From: a virus | Direction: 5' to 3' (one strand) | Length of the DNA: 64,000 nucleotides | IMG/VR virus record: IMGVR_UViG_3300025127_000013 | Coordinates: 1 to 64,000 of that record | In this document: positions 46,965 to 58,109 of the stretch, piece by piece | Layout: every line of letters starts with the position of its first letter | Numbering within the stretch: position 1 is the first letter of the stretch | The notes under the pieces: model-generated | What the model was told of the DNA's origin: nothing | What the model saw: the letters and a program-made list of their open reading frames with translations, nothing else | Databases searched by the model: none | Translations under genes and position numbers: made by a program

Positions 46965-49900
46965 GGATTTATTCACTAGAAATTACTTAACTGATAAAAA
47001 CGAAAAAGATGCATTTTCTGAAGTTGAATCTGCTGAGAACATCAAACAAGTAAGAGAAAAACAAACCACCTTTGTACCTAATGTAGACTATACAGATCCG
47101 TTATCTTTTGCTAGATATGGTTCCGCTCGTCTCTACTATAAGAGTGCCATTGACAGAGTAGTTGATTTTTACCCCTATGATGGCTCGCAAGCTGAGTTAA
47201 ACGAGTTCTACAATAAATCACTTGACATTGAAAAGTATATTTTTAACAATCGTTACCCTAGAACAACAGGGTATGCCAACTTTTCACCCAATGGTTGGGG
47301 AACAGCTACATCTCGGCCCGGCGGTTATGGCTCCTCAAATGTAAACGAGTACATTACATTCAAAGCAGGACCAAATTCTACTAGTCAAACTGCGGCATTA
47401 AAAAGCTTAATTCCAGATTCAGAAACAAGCACATATCAATACAGCAATATTTACGATGAATCGCTGTATACCAACGAAGGTTTACCATCAGACTACGGTC
47501 AAGGAACTCGTACCTCAAATCTAAAATCAAATTTCGATACAGGTGTAACAATTGAGTTCTGGGCTAAGACTGGTTCACTTGACACATCACTCACAGAAAA
47601 GCAAGTAATTGTTGATATATGGAATAATGAACTTAGTTCAAGTGCTCATTACGGTAGAATTACTGTTGAGCTTGACGGAACTACCGGTGGCTCAACTCCA
47701 TGGTTAGTCACCGTTGAATCCGGCTCGACTAGTGTGTTTCAACAATCAGTCGGTACAGATTTATCAATTCATACTTTAAGTGATTGGAAACACTATAGTT
47801 TTGTTTTACAAAACAGTGGTTCTGATTTTCACATTAAGTTGTATGTAGATGGCCAACATAACGATACGGAAGTTGTTTCTTCCAAGGCAGTGTCAGAAAT
47901 TAATCCTGAAAATCTTATGGGACGAATTGGTGCTCTTCAGACTGCTCCCAAGGGATTGGAAGATGTATCAAAAATTTCTAACTATAGCGGTGCAGGAAAA
48001 CTTAGTGGATCAATTGACGAATTTAGATTTTGGAAAGTTGCAAGAAATCCAAAGCAAGTAGGACAAAATTGGTTTACACAAATTAGAGGTGGTGTCAATA
48101 CAGACATATCTAATACAACACTTGGTATGTACTATAAGTTCAACGAAGGTATTACAAATTCCTCATCGTTAGATAGTGTTGTATTAGATTACGGTGGTCG
48201 TGTGTGCAATGGTACATGGACTGGATATGCCGCAGCATCTAGAAACACTGGCTCAGCCATTGTGTCTGCTTCGGCAGCAGGTAGCGAGTATCTTGACCCG
48301 ATTATTTACTCAGTGCACCCAGATGTGGTTTCTCTTAAAAGGGAGTTAGAGGACTTAGGCACTTTCCACGATTCGCAAAATAACAGCATGTTCTTAAAGA
48401 GTGTGCCGGCATGGATTCTTGAAGAAGCAGAAGATCTCGGAAACAGCGATCTTGAAAAGCTCACACACATAATGGGTGCTTATTTTGATAAACTTTATTT
48501 ACAAATTCAAGCTATACCAAAGTTAAGGCAACAGAATTATGTTAGTTCATCTGATCAGCCTCTGCCATTCTCACAAAACTTGCCCCAATCTTTAGGACTT
48601 AACACACCAGAAATATTTATTGATTCAACTGTGCTTGAAAAATTTGCAAATAGAAGTGATACAAAACTATTTCAAGAAGATTTACAAGAAACTAAAAATT
48701 TAATTTATCAAAACATTTACAATAACTTAGCTGACATTTATAAAGCCAAGGGAACAGAGAAAGCAATCAGGAATGTTCTTAGATGTTTTAATATTGATGA
48801 CAACTTAATATACTTAAGAGCATATTCAAATAATCAATTGTTTGAATTGAAAAACAATCTTAAACAAACACAGAAGAAAACCAGACTTCTTAATTTAAAT
48901 AAGCAAACATCCACTACAGCAGTTGTATATCAGGCTGCTGATCCAAGTGTGACTGATGCACGAGGTTTTATATCAGGCTCAGAGGGTCTTGCTTACGAAG
49001 ACAACTACGGTTTCACTGCTGAAGTTGGTGTAAAATTTCCTAAGTTTTTCCGTTCTCTAGATAAAATTGATAGAGAATTTATAAACACTGTGTCCATTTT
49101 CGGTATGCACTCTGCAAGTGTTGATAATCCATCTGAGACAACCATATTCTCATCTGACACCGCCAACTTTCAAGTTCAAGCTGTAAGAGATAAAGTATAT
49201 TCTAAGAATGTATTCTTTAGACTTTCATCATCTGTAACTCCTTTCCCGGCACCGTTACTCACTAGTAGTTTATATTATAATGTTTATGACGATGAAAACT
49301 GGAATCTCTCGGTTGGCTTAAGGCCCTCTAAATATCCGTTTGTTAACATTTCGTCAGGTTCAGAAGACTTTACCTATGATTTTGTTTTTCGAGGCTACAA
49401 CAACAAATTAGGCACTGTTAACAATAGCTTTGAGCTTACCGCATCTGTTAGTAAGGAAGTTGGACAGAACTTCTTAAGAGCAGCGAAAAGATTGTATGTT
49501 GGAGCTACGAACGAAAACATAACAGGTTCGACTAACACCGTACAATCAGATGTCCAATATACGGATGCCAGATATTGGACAAAGTATATTGATTCGTATA
49601 CTCTCAAACAACATTCAGTTGATAGAGAAAACTTTGGTTTATCCGGCTCTTACAGGAGTATTGACCCTGTAACAACACCCATAGATAATCAAAACAGTTA
49701 TAATTTTAACTCATTGGCACTTGATTGGTTCTTTGAGACTGTGACCGGTTCCGATGCAGCAGGACAATTTTATGTTACTGATTTAAGTTCCGGTTCGGCA
49801 CTCTTAAGGAATAACTTTGGTTGGGCTGGTCAAATTGGTGGTCATCCACATACCGGCCGCGGCCGAGGATTCCAAGCAAATGATGATCAGGTTGCAGTCA

Positions 49901-52900
49901 ATCAAATAGTTAACGAGTTTAAGTTCACTGAGCCAGAAATGGTAATATCGTCTGACATGGTTCAAGTATTAGATGAAGATGATGAATTACTTGGCACATT
50001 TGATCAAGTTCCAAACTATGTTTTCGTACTAGAGAAGAGCTTATACGGAGCTGTTTCTGAAGAAATTTTAGATTTCTTTGCTGGCTCACTAGACTTCAAC
50101 AACCTTATCGGCGATCCGGTAAATCGATATAGAAAAGAATATAAGTCATTAAATTACTTAAGAAATATCTTCTTTGAAAGATTTCAAAAGATATCAACAG
50201 TTGAAAAGTATGTTGATTACTATAAATGGTTTGATGATGCTTTGGCGACTATAATATCACAATTGGTGCCCGCTTCGGCTGATTTTATAAATGATGTATA
50301 TAATACAGTTGAGAGTCATGTATTAGAAAGAAACAAATATCAATCACAGTTTCCAACGATTGACTTTAAACAAGCTGATCCAGAAGCTAGTATCAGAGGT
50401 ATTGTTGAAACTAAGTTGAATTATCAACAAGATTTATTTGGCGGTGTTGAAACATCTCCCAGACCAACAAATGTTCACAAAAACTTCTGGAGAAGAAGAG
50501 CATTACCCGGCCCACCCGGGATAGCAGATCATGAAATTACCTCTAGCGATGCTAGTGTAGATACTAAGCGAAGAAAAATAAGAGCAGGATTATATAGCAG
50601 ACCGCAATTTAGTTCTTCAATGCCCACACTTACCAAGACTGACGGAACTAAATATTCTCTTAATAGATTGCTTGAAACACAAAAGGCCGGAACCGTTGAC
50701 TTCAGTGGTCCTGAAAATGTAACAATAAACAGAACTATAGTTGGCGGTGTTAACTTTGAACATAACAAAGATATACATTACACTTATGCCTCCCTTTATC
50801 CCGCGGGCCCAGTCATGGCACCTGCTGGCGGTGTGTTTGTACCACAGAATGTTCTTTATGCCAGAACGGATGATACCAATCGGGTTGATACACTTGAAGA
50901 TTGGATCCTCGATGGTAATGTCGGAGTCAAAAGAAAGAAGCACTTAAAAGTTGTGCAAGGTAGAGATTATAACGATGGCTTAGGTTACACTTGTAACAAA
51001 AACTCGTTTGCATTCCCATTCAATGTTATGAGTTCGTCCATCACTGGTGGAGTAGATGACTTCATCAGAAGAAGAACCGAACTAGACATTAGTATTACTA
51101 ACCTGCACAATGATGTATACGGTAATGAAATGGAAGTTCCAATGCAGGGCCCATTTACAAACTATGCTGTCGGAGGCCACCAGTCTAGACACATTGCACT
51201 GAACAGTGGATCTGATACATATACAAACCGACCAGAGGCATGGAAGATACTACTTGGAGTCAGGGGTGACTGTCCAGACGGTGAAGCATTAACCGGTGCA
51301 ATAGGAATGGCTGCACCTGATTACCCATGGCCAGAAGCAAATGATGTTGGGGTAACACCATATCCAATGACTGCCTCTCATAAAGCGGTTTACTATCGAG
51401 ATCACATTGCCAAGAGACCGGTTAATATAAAAAATATTCAAGTCTCCACAGGCTCTACAATTTTAGGAAACTTTGAACATAAATACGAAGTTGTTCATTC
51501 ATTCGGTGCTTTTGAAAACCCGAGAAACTTTATCGAGACTCAGCCCTCTCTTCCAACAAACTTGTTCCAGTCAAGAGCTACTTCTTCGACCCAAACAAGA
51601 ACATTTTATGATACAAGAAGATCATCTGGAAGTCATTTTGAATTTATGGCTGATTATGATGTCGGCTACTTATCTGGCACCAATAACAACACAATTATAA
51701 CTACCAAATTTGATCATGGGGCCGGCGGAATGTTAACCAATGGTAATGGGTATAGAGATTTTAGATCTAATGAATTTTCCGTATATAACAGTATTAATAA
51801 CAGATTTTTATCTGTAAAGAGAAGATCACAAGTATCAACTGGCCAAACAAGCGAAATAGTTGGTTCTGGCACTGCTGGGATTAGAGTATTTGATATTCAC
51901 GGCAATGATTTTGGTTTGACTGCACATGCATCTAGACACACAGCTAGATTCGGTAGAGATTCAAACCTCGTGTCTACCCCCGGTGCATCGTATGTTGAAT
52001 CACCCGGATTCCACAAAATTCATAGGAACAACAAAGATTGTGTAAGAATAACCAACGAAACACTGGTACCAATATTTTCGCCTAATTTGACATTGATAAA
52101 TAGGCAGGGTGTTGCCTTTGCAAGTTCAAATTCTAATTCTGCATTCTTATTAACTGGTGCACTTGGCGGTAGCCCTGCTGGAGAACCGCTTGTCAAATCT
52201 CCAGATTTACTAGCAGGTATTTCTGGCTCTGGTTTTTCATGGACTGGTTTAATTAAGTTCCATGCACAACAAACTCACACAAGCCCTGCATCGGAAACAA
52301 GAGAAAGAATCTGGGCTATGGGACTAAATTCAAGCAGCAAAATTAGAGCCAAGCTTGAAAGAGTTAAGGCAGGATCCGGTGATCATCGATTCCGAATATA
52401 CTTTACAATTGGCACGACCGGTGGCGGCGGAGCCGGCGACTTAGAATATCAATGGCACTTCCCTGCTGGTACATTTGACTTATCAAGTTCCTATAACCAC
52501 TATGCACTTGTGTTCGGTTCTCCAAACAATGGTGTCGGAGGAGCTAATCGTTCAATTCCAGATGGCCAACTCAATCAGTCTGCACAATTTTTAACATCTG
52601 CAGTCTTATATTTTAACGGTGTATCTCAATCCGCTGCATCTATATCATCAAATAGACCTGACTACAACGACACGAATGGTTCGTTCTCTAGCTTTAGAGG
52701 ATTCGCGGCTTTAAAGCCCAAGGGTCAGAGTTACATGCAAATTGGCGGCGGCCTTGGTGCAGCAGATCAACCTCTGTCTGCATCTATAGATGAATTTACA
52801 TTCTGGACTACACCCTTATTTGCAACAGGTGTAACACAGATTTACAATGGCGGAATTCCCTGTGATGTTACTGCCTCATCAGTATACAGTAACAGTGGCT

Positions 52901-55900
52901 CTTCTTTGTGGGATTGGATTCGTTTTGAAAATTCAGCCGACACAAATGCAATCGCACTAGACGGTGCTAACCCGGGAACATACAACGGAACAACAAACAA
53001 GTTAATTGGTTTCAACAATAATCAATTCTTGCCTGTAGCAATTAGCGGGACACCACTCGGAATGGGAGATGCAACAGATGTGCCGGAAGGCTGCACCCCA
53101 CTTCTTCAAGGGTATAATTCAGTATTAACAATTGCTACACAGTCAATGTTTGATAACTTCAACATACAACATCAGATTCCACAGATGAGCAAGCAGTATG
53201 GCTGGATTACAGCATCCTTAGTCAATGATCATGGAATCTGTGGATTCTACCGTCCAGATTTTAGAAGAAGAGTCTCATCATCTAGTGGTATAAATTATGT
53301 CGATTCCTTTGACTTCTTAACAGCAAGCACAATTGGTAGCACGGTTGACAATGCTAACTTAAGATTTATTGGAGAGGCAAACGAAGTTACCGGTAGCAAC
53401 ATATTATTGCAAACTGGAAGATTAAATCTTAATGTTATAGAAAACATAGATTCTGCTTCCAACACAATGACATATCCTGTTCGTACTTCACCATATCCTG
53501 TGTTTACAAATCAATTAAATTCGTTTATAAACTGGAGACCTTCCGGCGGCCCTGATGTGAGAGGAGGCTTGATAGCAACAGGTTCAGTGGCTAGCGGCCA
53601 GATACAGTTTACTGGTTTACCAACAGTTGGTCAAAAAATAGCAATTAGATCCACCGATGGTACTTTAAAAACTTATGTTGGAGCTAATGCAACTGATACA
53701 ACATCTAATGAATTTAAAGTCGGCGGTGGCTCTACTGCTACAAGTGCAGCCGAGCAACTTACACTGTGTATCAATGCCGCTCAAGGTCATAATGGAAAAA
53801 TAATCGCTGAAGATCTTAGTTCTGCTCGAATACAGTTAACACAAAGGGATGCGGGTCTAAATGGCAATACAGTAATTGATTCTGATTTGTCTAATGTCAT
53901 CTCGGCAACATCATTTAGACTTGTGGGGGGTACAGGACTGTTCCGAAATCAAGATGCGGGTGCATTTAATCAACTTATGTTTAAGAGAGGTAATCAATTT
54001 GGTTATCCAACTTGGAGACAAGTTCGTCAGCAAGATCACCCAATATTAGTCAATGAGAGATTGAACAATAAGATTACTGCTATCAAGGGGTCACAACTCA
54101 CTGAACACGATTTAAGGCCAGTATCGATGGTTGGCCGACCATCATTTGCTAACTTTACATATTTGACAGATCCTGCAAACTTTAGTACAGTTCAAAATGC
54201 CACTTTTAAAACTTCCTACAGCAATGAATATGTATTATTTAATACTCGCGAATTAAACGAAATAGCTAATATTGATTTTAGTAATCAAGTAACACCATTT
54301 GAACAACTTGTAGCACTTCAAGAATATAAACCAGCCGGTATACCGGTCTACAATTTAAATTGGGTTCTTTATCAAGAAAACTTATTTCCATCTCTTAGAA
54401 ACGAATTTGCTTCTGCATCTGTGACAAGAGTAGGATATGATAGTAAATTTTGGAGAGTTAATCAGAATGCAAGAGTAAGTGGTAATGTTGGCAATCCAAA
54501 TAGTCTTGGAATGACTGGTAGCGGCCTTGGCACCGATACTACTGCTGGTAAATTGTCTCTGCTTACACAATCAATGTGGCCACTCGATGCACCTTTAGAT
54601 TTTGAAACCAGAAGAACTCCTGCACTTGTAACCGCTGATGTTGCTTCATCACTAATGAGATCTAATTCTGCTGGAGAATTACAAAATACATACTCGACAT
54701 ATGGAATACAAAATAGTAGCGGTTCTGGTACTTTTAGTACCTCTGACATGGCTGCTTCAATTAGAAATGCAGCTCTGTATTCAAGAAAACACTTTTTGAC
54801 ATCACCAAGATCTTTAAACTCTCCCGGTGGTATAAAACCAATTACAGTTCCTTTAGGTATTGAACAACAACCCGGACCAATTGAGACTGACCCCACTGCT
54901 TACGGCCTTGCTCCAGTAACAACCGGTTCGGGTGAAGCAAAATGGGATGCTGCTCAAAATGCCGGCTACTTAACAACTTCAAATGGTATCACTGGTTTTG
55001 TGTCGGCTCCCTCTGAACCGTTTTACGACAACTATGATGAATTTAGAGCGGAAATTAAAACAGTAGCAAAGGGATACAATATTATACCAGAATTTAGAAT
55101 ATCTGAACAAGTTGAAAACTATATTAAATTTGGTATCTTAGGTGGTGAGAATACAGAAACATTTGATATCCCGGGCACACAAATCAATAGTTCTCAGAGA
55201 AACTTTTACAGGGATTATTCAAATTCTGATTTCTTAGAAAACTTTTTAGATGTCAGACAAATGACCGATTTAGCAGCGAAAGAAATAAAATTAACCTGTA
55301 GAGCAGCAATTAAATTTCACCCCTACAAGGGCTTTTATCCTGCTCAAAGATCATTGGATTTGGTAACACAATTTAGCAAATCATATTCTAGAAATATTGG
55401 TGTATGGGAAATGCAGTCCTCCGGTACAGGTTCAGTATTTACTGCTGAGACTTTTGAACAATTTGGAATTAATCTCATGCAAACAATTTATGCTAAACCT
55501 GTAAGCACCCCATTATTCGCCCCGGGTATTTTATACAATTCTATAAAATCGGGCTTAGCTGTTGATTACCCCGTTGTAACCGATCACACTAGAGTAGAAA
55601 TTCAACATATTACAGGCACTGTAAATGGAGAGGAAAATTATGTTTTTGGAACAGCCCATAATACAGGCTCAGATTTCTTTAATCAGTATCGTACTGGCTC
55701 ATACTTTGATAAGAGGCTGCCTTTTGAAACAATCATAAACCCTGCATCACAAATGAAAGGAGTAGAGTTAAACATATTTGAGCCTCATCCTAGTCAATCT
55801 TTTAATTACCCAGCAGAAGGAATAACATCCTCAATAGGAAACAGCCCAGCAGATAACATTTATACTTTAATGGCATCAAACTATTTCGCAGAGGTTGGTA

Positions 55901-58098
55901 AATTTTTCTTGAATAATTCAGAGTATACCAAACTTGAAGCTAATGGATTAACACTGAATACATTTAGATTTGAACCCGGTGAAGTATATATGGCAAGACT
56001 AAGACTTAGGTCGTCATATACCGGCTCTAGAACATATGATAAAGAAAAGGGTGCCGAAGGAGGCAATGCATTTTACGGAGTTGACGGAGCAAGAGATTTA
56101 GGCTTTGGTAAGGGGGATACTCCGAATTTATCCAGCTTTGATTTTAGTAATAGCGGTATAAATCTTTCAGGAACTTTTGAAATTCCACAAAACCCAAAAA
56201 GAAATAAAAACTTCAAACAAGATTTTATAATGTATAGTCGCCCGTCTGCTTTTGGCCCTGCCATGTCAGGAAGATTATACACCTCTTCTGTTGGCATGCC
56301 ATCATCGGTTGCAAATAATATAAATAATTTTGCACTTTCAGCTTCTGATTTTGGCTGTTCAGACTCAATAAGTGGATTTAACTGGGCTTACACTCCACCG
56401 TATTACGACGGTGAATCATGGGCTGATTTTATTTTCAAGCCTACTGGTTCTGAAACATACGATCTGCAAAGAATATTAACTGAAACTCAAGTTATAACTC
56501 GACGATATGACCCGGGCCAAGCATTTCAAATTGTTGCCGGTACGGGCCAGCCGGCAGCAGAAAATGTGGGAGTAAATACATTAAATGCTAGTCGCCCGCC
56601 CACAGTCGGTGGGGCATTTGTAAGACAATACTCGCCATATTCTGGAATCAACATTAACAACAATGCCATGCAAATAGATGCAGCAATTAATTTGTTTGGT
56701 ATAGAAAATGTGCCTAAGCAAAGATTTAATAAATTCGGTCAATTAGTAACTGATGAAAACGAAGTTGCTGCACAAAGATGGGTTATTCAACCCAAGTTTG
56801 AAACACCGATGATGAGCTTTTCTGATGAGGGTGTTAGACCAGTTAGCAATACAAACGGAACTCTTACATTACCACAAAATTTTGGTTCAGAATCTGTTCC
56901 GAGAGGAATGTGGCATCAATTTGGCACACTTCCCGAAGCAGCAAATAAAGGAATCTTTTTAGAAATTGGAGAAATCCCTAAAACTTGGCTACGACATCAT
57001 TACGAAGTTATTGGTAGCTCTTCATTATATAATGATTACAATATAGATGATGGAGAAGACATACACACTAAAGTCAAATCTTTTGCTGAATTAATGGGCT
57101 TTACTAACCAAAACTCCAGAGTTAGACTTGGTGAATTAGCAGAAAGAAGAATTATTAAAGAGGCTGTCGTTGCTGTGCCATATATAATGAAAGATGTGCC
57201 AGCCGCCGCTGGCCAAACTAGACCACTTTTAAAGGAATTTATTTCCATACCTGAAATTCGTTATCAAGCCGCACTAAGTGAAGCTGCAGGGTCGGCTGTG
57301 GGAGATTCATTAAATGCCGCCGGTAAATCAATTAGAAATCAAGTTAGAAAAATGAAACGATATGTGTTACCACCTCAATTAGATTTTATTAACAATACCG
57401 ATATTGATCCCATAGTGATGTATCTATTTGAATTTAGATATGAACTTGATAAAGATGATTTATCGTATATTTGGCAAAACCTTGCACCCAGAAACAGCCG
57501 CAGGATGTCTTTAGCTGAGGATGCCGTTGCACATGAATTGATTAATACAGAATTACTAACAGAACAAAATCTTTTTGACAATCCGAACTTGAGATGGATG
57601 GTATTTAAGGTCAAGCAAAAAAGTCAAGCAGAGTATGACAACATGATTACAAAACAGGTCAGCCACCCAGTTAATAATTTACAATTGGAACTTCAAGGCA
57701 CACAACAACAACCTAAAAAGTACGAACCTAAATTTAACTGGCCATACGATTATGTTTCAATTATTGAAACAGTTAAGGTTGAAGCTGATATCTTGTATAA
57801 GGGTGATGTATCGCCACCAGAAATCTCAGGGCCTGCACTTGGCACACCATCTCAAGGAGTAGCTCCCGGTATAAATGCAGTCTTTGATAGGCCACAGATC
57901 CAAGGGCCTGAACTTGGCACACCAGCTCAAGGAGTTGCTGCTCCGGGTAGCACTACTGGCAGAATAAATGATATTCTTGATAAAGCTAAGCGGAGAGCTA
58001 GATATGCCAACCCAACAGCAAAAAGAGCAGATTCTAAACCCGTGACAGCAGCAGATAGTGGCCCCGGCCCTGACTTTGACTTGGATAGAACAGAGTAA
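46954..58098 (+). CDS. Giant (3714 aa) baseplate/tail protein with LamG/concanavalin-like domains
   Basis: TIEFW...WKHYSF...LYVDG...GSIDEFRFW and a second NHYALVF...LYFNG...SIDEFTFW; gp7-like IYKAKGTEKAIR segment. Confidence 0.8.
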   Translation: MSTKDLFTRNYLTDKNEKDAFSEVESAENIKQVREKQTTFVPNVDYTDPLSFARYGSARLYYKSAIDRVVDFYPYDGSQAELNEFYNKSLDIEKYIFNNRYPRTTGYANFSPNGWGTATSRPGGYGSSNVNEYITFKAGPNSTSQTAALKSLIPDSETSTYQYSNIYDESLYTNEGLPSDYGQGTRTSNLKSNFDTGVTIEFWAKTGSLDTSLTEKQVIVDIWNNELSSSAHYGRITVELDGTTGGSTPWLVTVESGSTSVFQQSVGTDLSIHTLSDWKHYSFVLQNSGSDFHIKLYVDGQHNDTEVVSSKAVSEINPENLMGRIGALQTAPKGLEDVSKISNYSGAGKLSGSIDEFRFWKVARNPKQVGQNWFTQIRGGVNTDISNTTLGMYYKFNEGITNSSSLDSVVLDYGGRVCNGTWTGYAAASRNTGSAIVSASAAGSEYLDPIIYSVHPDVVSLKRELEDLGTFHDSQNNSMFLKSVPAWILEEAEDLGNSDLEKLTHIMGAYFDKLYLQIQAIPKLRQQNYVSSSDQPLPFSQNLPQSLGLNTPEIFIDSTVLEKFANRSDTKLFQEDLQETKNLIYQNIYNNLADIYKAKGTEKAIRNVLRCFNIDDNLIYLRAYSNNQLFELKNNLKQTQKKTRLLNLNKQTSTTAVVYQAADPSVTDARGFISGSEGLAYEDNYGFTAEVGVKFPKFFRSLDKIDREFINTVSIFGMHSASVDNPSETTIFSSDTANFQVQAVRDKVYSKNVFFRLSSSVTPFPAPLLTSSLYYNVYDDENWNLSVGLRPSKYPFVNISSGSEDFTYDFVFRGYNNKLGTVNNSFELTASVSKEVGQNFLRAAKRLYVGATNENITGSTNTVQSDVQYTDARYWTKYIDSYTLKQHSVDRENFGLSGSYRSIDPVTTPIDNQNSYNFNSLALDWFFETVTGSDAAGQFYVTDLSSGSALLRNNFGWAGQIGGHPHTGRGRGFQANDDQVAVNQIVNEFKFTEPEMVISSDMVQVLDEDDELLGTFDQVPNYVFVLEKSLYGAVSEEILDFFAGSLDFNNLIGDPVNRYRKEYKSLNYLRNIFFERFQKISTVEKYVDYYKWFDDALATIISQLVPASADFINDVYNTVESHVLERNKYQSQFPTIDFKQADPEASIRGIVETKLNYQQDLFGGVETSPRPTNVHKNFWRRRALPGPPGIADHEITSSDASVDTKRRKIRAGLYSRPQFSSSMPTLTKTDGTKYSLNRLLETQKAGTVDFSGPENVTINRTIVGGVNFEHNKDIHYTYASLYPAGPVMAPAGGVFVPQNVLYARTDDTNRVDTLEDWILDGNVGVKRKKHLKVVQGRDYNDGLGYTCNKNSFAFPFNVMSSSITGGVDDFIRRRTELDISITNLHNDVYGNEMEVPMQGPFTNYAVGGHQSRHIALNSGSDTYTNRPEAWKILLGVRGDCPDGEALTGAIGMAAPDYPWPEANDVGVTPYPMTASHKAVYYRDHIAKRPVNIKNIQVSTGSTILGNFEHKYEVVHSFGAFENPRNFIETQPSLPTNLFQSRATSSTQTRTFYDTRRSSGSHFEFMADYDVGYLSGTNNNTIITTKFDHGAGGMLTNGNGYRDFRSNEFSVYNSINNRFLSVKRRSQVSTGQTSEIVGSGTAGIRVFDIHGNDFGLTAHASRHTARFGRDSNLVSTPGASYVESPGFHKIHRNNKDCVRITNETLVPIFSPNLTLINRQGVAFASSNSNSAFLLTGALGGSPAGEPLVKSPDLLAGISGSGFSWTGLIKFHAQQTHTSPASETRERIWAMGLNSSSKIRAKLERVKAGSGDHRFRIYFTIGTTGGGGAGDLEYQWHFPAGTFDLSSSYNHYALVFGSPNNGVGGANRSIPDGQLNQSAQFLTSAVLYFNGVSQSAASISSNRPDYNDTNGSFSSFRGFAALKPKGQSYMQIGGGLGAADQPLSASIDEFTFWTTPLFATGVTQIYNGGIPCDVTASSVYSNSGSSLWDWIRFENSADTNAIALDGANPGTYNGTTNKLIGFNNNQFLPVAISGTPLGMGDATDVPEGCTPLLQGYNSVLTIATQSMFDNFNIQHQIPQMSKQYGWITASLVNDHGICGFYRPDFRRRVSSSSGINYVDSFDFLTASTIGSTVDNANLRFIGEANEVTGSNILLQTGRLNLNVIENIDSASNTMTYPVRTSPYPVFTNQLNSFINWRPSGGPDVRGGLIATGSVASGQIQFTGLPTVGQKIAIRSTDGTLKTYVGANATDTTSNEFKVGGGSTATSAAEQLTLCINAAQGHNGKIIAEDLSSARIQLTQRDAGLNGNTVIDSDLSNVISATSFRLVGGTGLFRNQDAGAFNQLMFKRGNQFGYPTWRQVRQQDHPILVNERLNNKITAIKGSQLTEHDLRPVSMVGRPSFANFTYLTDPANFSTVQNATFKTSYSNEYVLFNTRELNEIANIDFSNQVTPFEQLVALQEYKPAGIPVYNLNWVLYQENLFPSLRNEFASASVTRVGYDSKFWRVNQNARVSGNVGNPNSLGMTGSGLGTDTTAGKLSLLTQSMWPLDAPLDFETRRTPALVTADVASSLMRSNSAGELQNTYSTYGIQNSSGSGTFSTSDMAASIRNAALYSRKHFLTSPRSLNSPGGIKPITVPLGIEQQPGPIETDPTAYGLAPVTTGSGEAKWDAAQNAGYLTTSNGITGFVSAPSEPFYDNYDEFRAEIKTVAKGYNIIPEFRISEQVENYIKFGILGGENTETFDIPGTQINSSQRNFYRDYSNSDFLENFLDVRQMTDLAAKEIKLTCRAAIKFHPYKGFYPAQRSLDLVTQFSKSYSRNIGVWEMQSSGTGSVFTAETFEQFGINLMQTIYAKPVSTPLFAPGILYNSIKSGLAVDYPVVTDHTRVEIQHITGTVNGEENYVFGTAHNTGSDFFNQYRTGSYFDKRLPFETIINPASQMKGVELNIFEPHPSQSFNYPAEGITSSIGNSPADNIYTLMASNYFAEVGKFFLNNSEYTKLEANGLTLNTFRFEPGEVYMARLRLRSSYTGSRTYDKEKGAEGGNAFYGVDGARDLGFGKGDTPNLSSFDFSNSGINLSGTFEIPQNPKRNKNFKQDFIMYSRPSAFGPAMSGRLYTSSVGMPSSVANNINNFALSASDFGCSDSISGFNWAYTPPYYDGESWADFIFKPTGSETYDLQRILTETQVITRRYDPGQAFQIVAGTGQPAAENVGVNTLNASRPPTVGGAFVRQYSPYSGININNNAMQIDAAINLFGIENVPKQRFNKFGQLVTDENEVAAQRWVIQPKFETPMMSFSDEGVRPVSNTNGTLTLPQNFGSESVPRGMWHQFGTLPEAANKGIFLEIGEIPKTWLRHHYEVIGSSSLYNDYNIDDGEDIHTKVKSFAELMGFTNQNSRVRLGELAERRIIKEAVVAVPYIMKDVPAAAGQTRPLLKEFISIPEIRYQAALSEAAGSAVGDSLNAAGKSIRNQVRKMKRYVLPPQLDFINNTDIDPIVMYLFEFRYELDKDDLSYIWQNLAPRNSRRMSLAEDAVAHELINTELLTEQNLFDNPNLRWMVFKVKQKSQAEYDNMITKQVSHPVNNLQLELQGTQQQPKKYEPKFNWPYDYVSIIETVKVEADILYKGDVSPPEISGPALGTPSQGVAPGINAVFDRPQIQGPELGTPAQGVAAPGSTTGRINDILDKAKRRARYANPTAKRADSKPVTAADSGPGPDFDLDRTE
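57817..57948 (+). repeat. Imperfect in-frame direct repeat (2 copies, ~54-57 bp)
   Basis: PEISGPALGTPSQGVAPG and PQIQGPELGTPAQGVAAPG; shared gggcctg-acttggcacacca-ctcaaggagt. Confidence 0.8.
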
Positions 58099-58109
58099 GG
58101 AATAATATT

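Noticed and set aside
57817-57948. Diversity-generating retroelement TR/VR pair
   Set aside because: Copies are adjacent and in frame, differences are not confined to adenines, and no reverse transcriptase is present in the window
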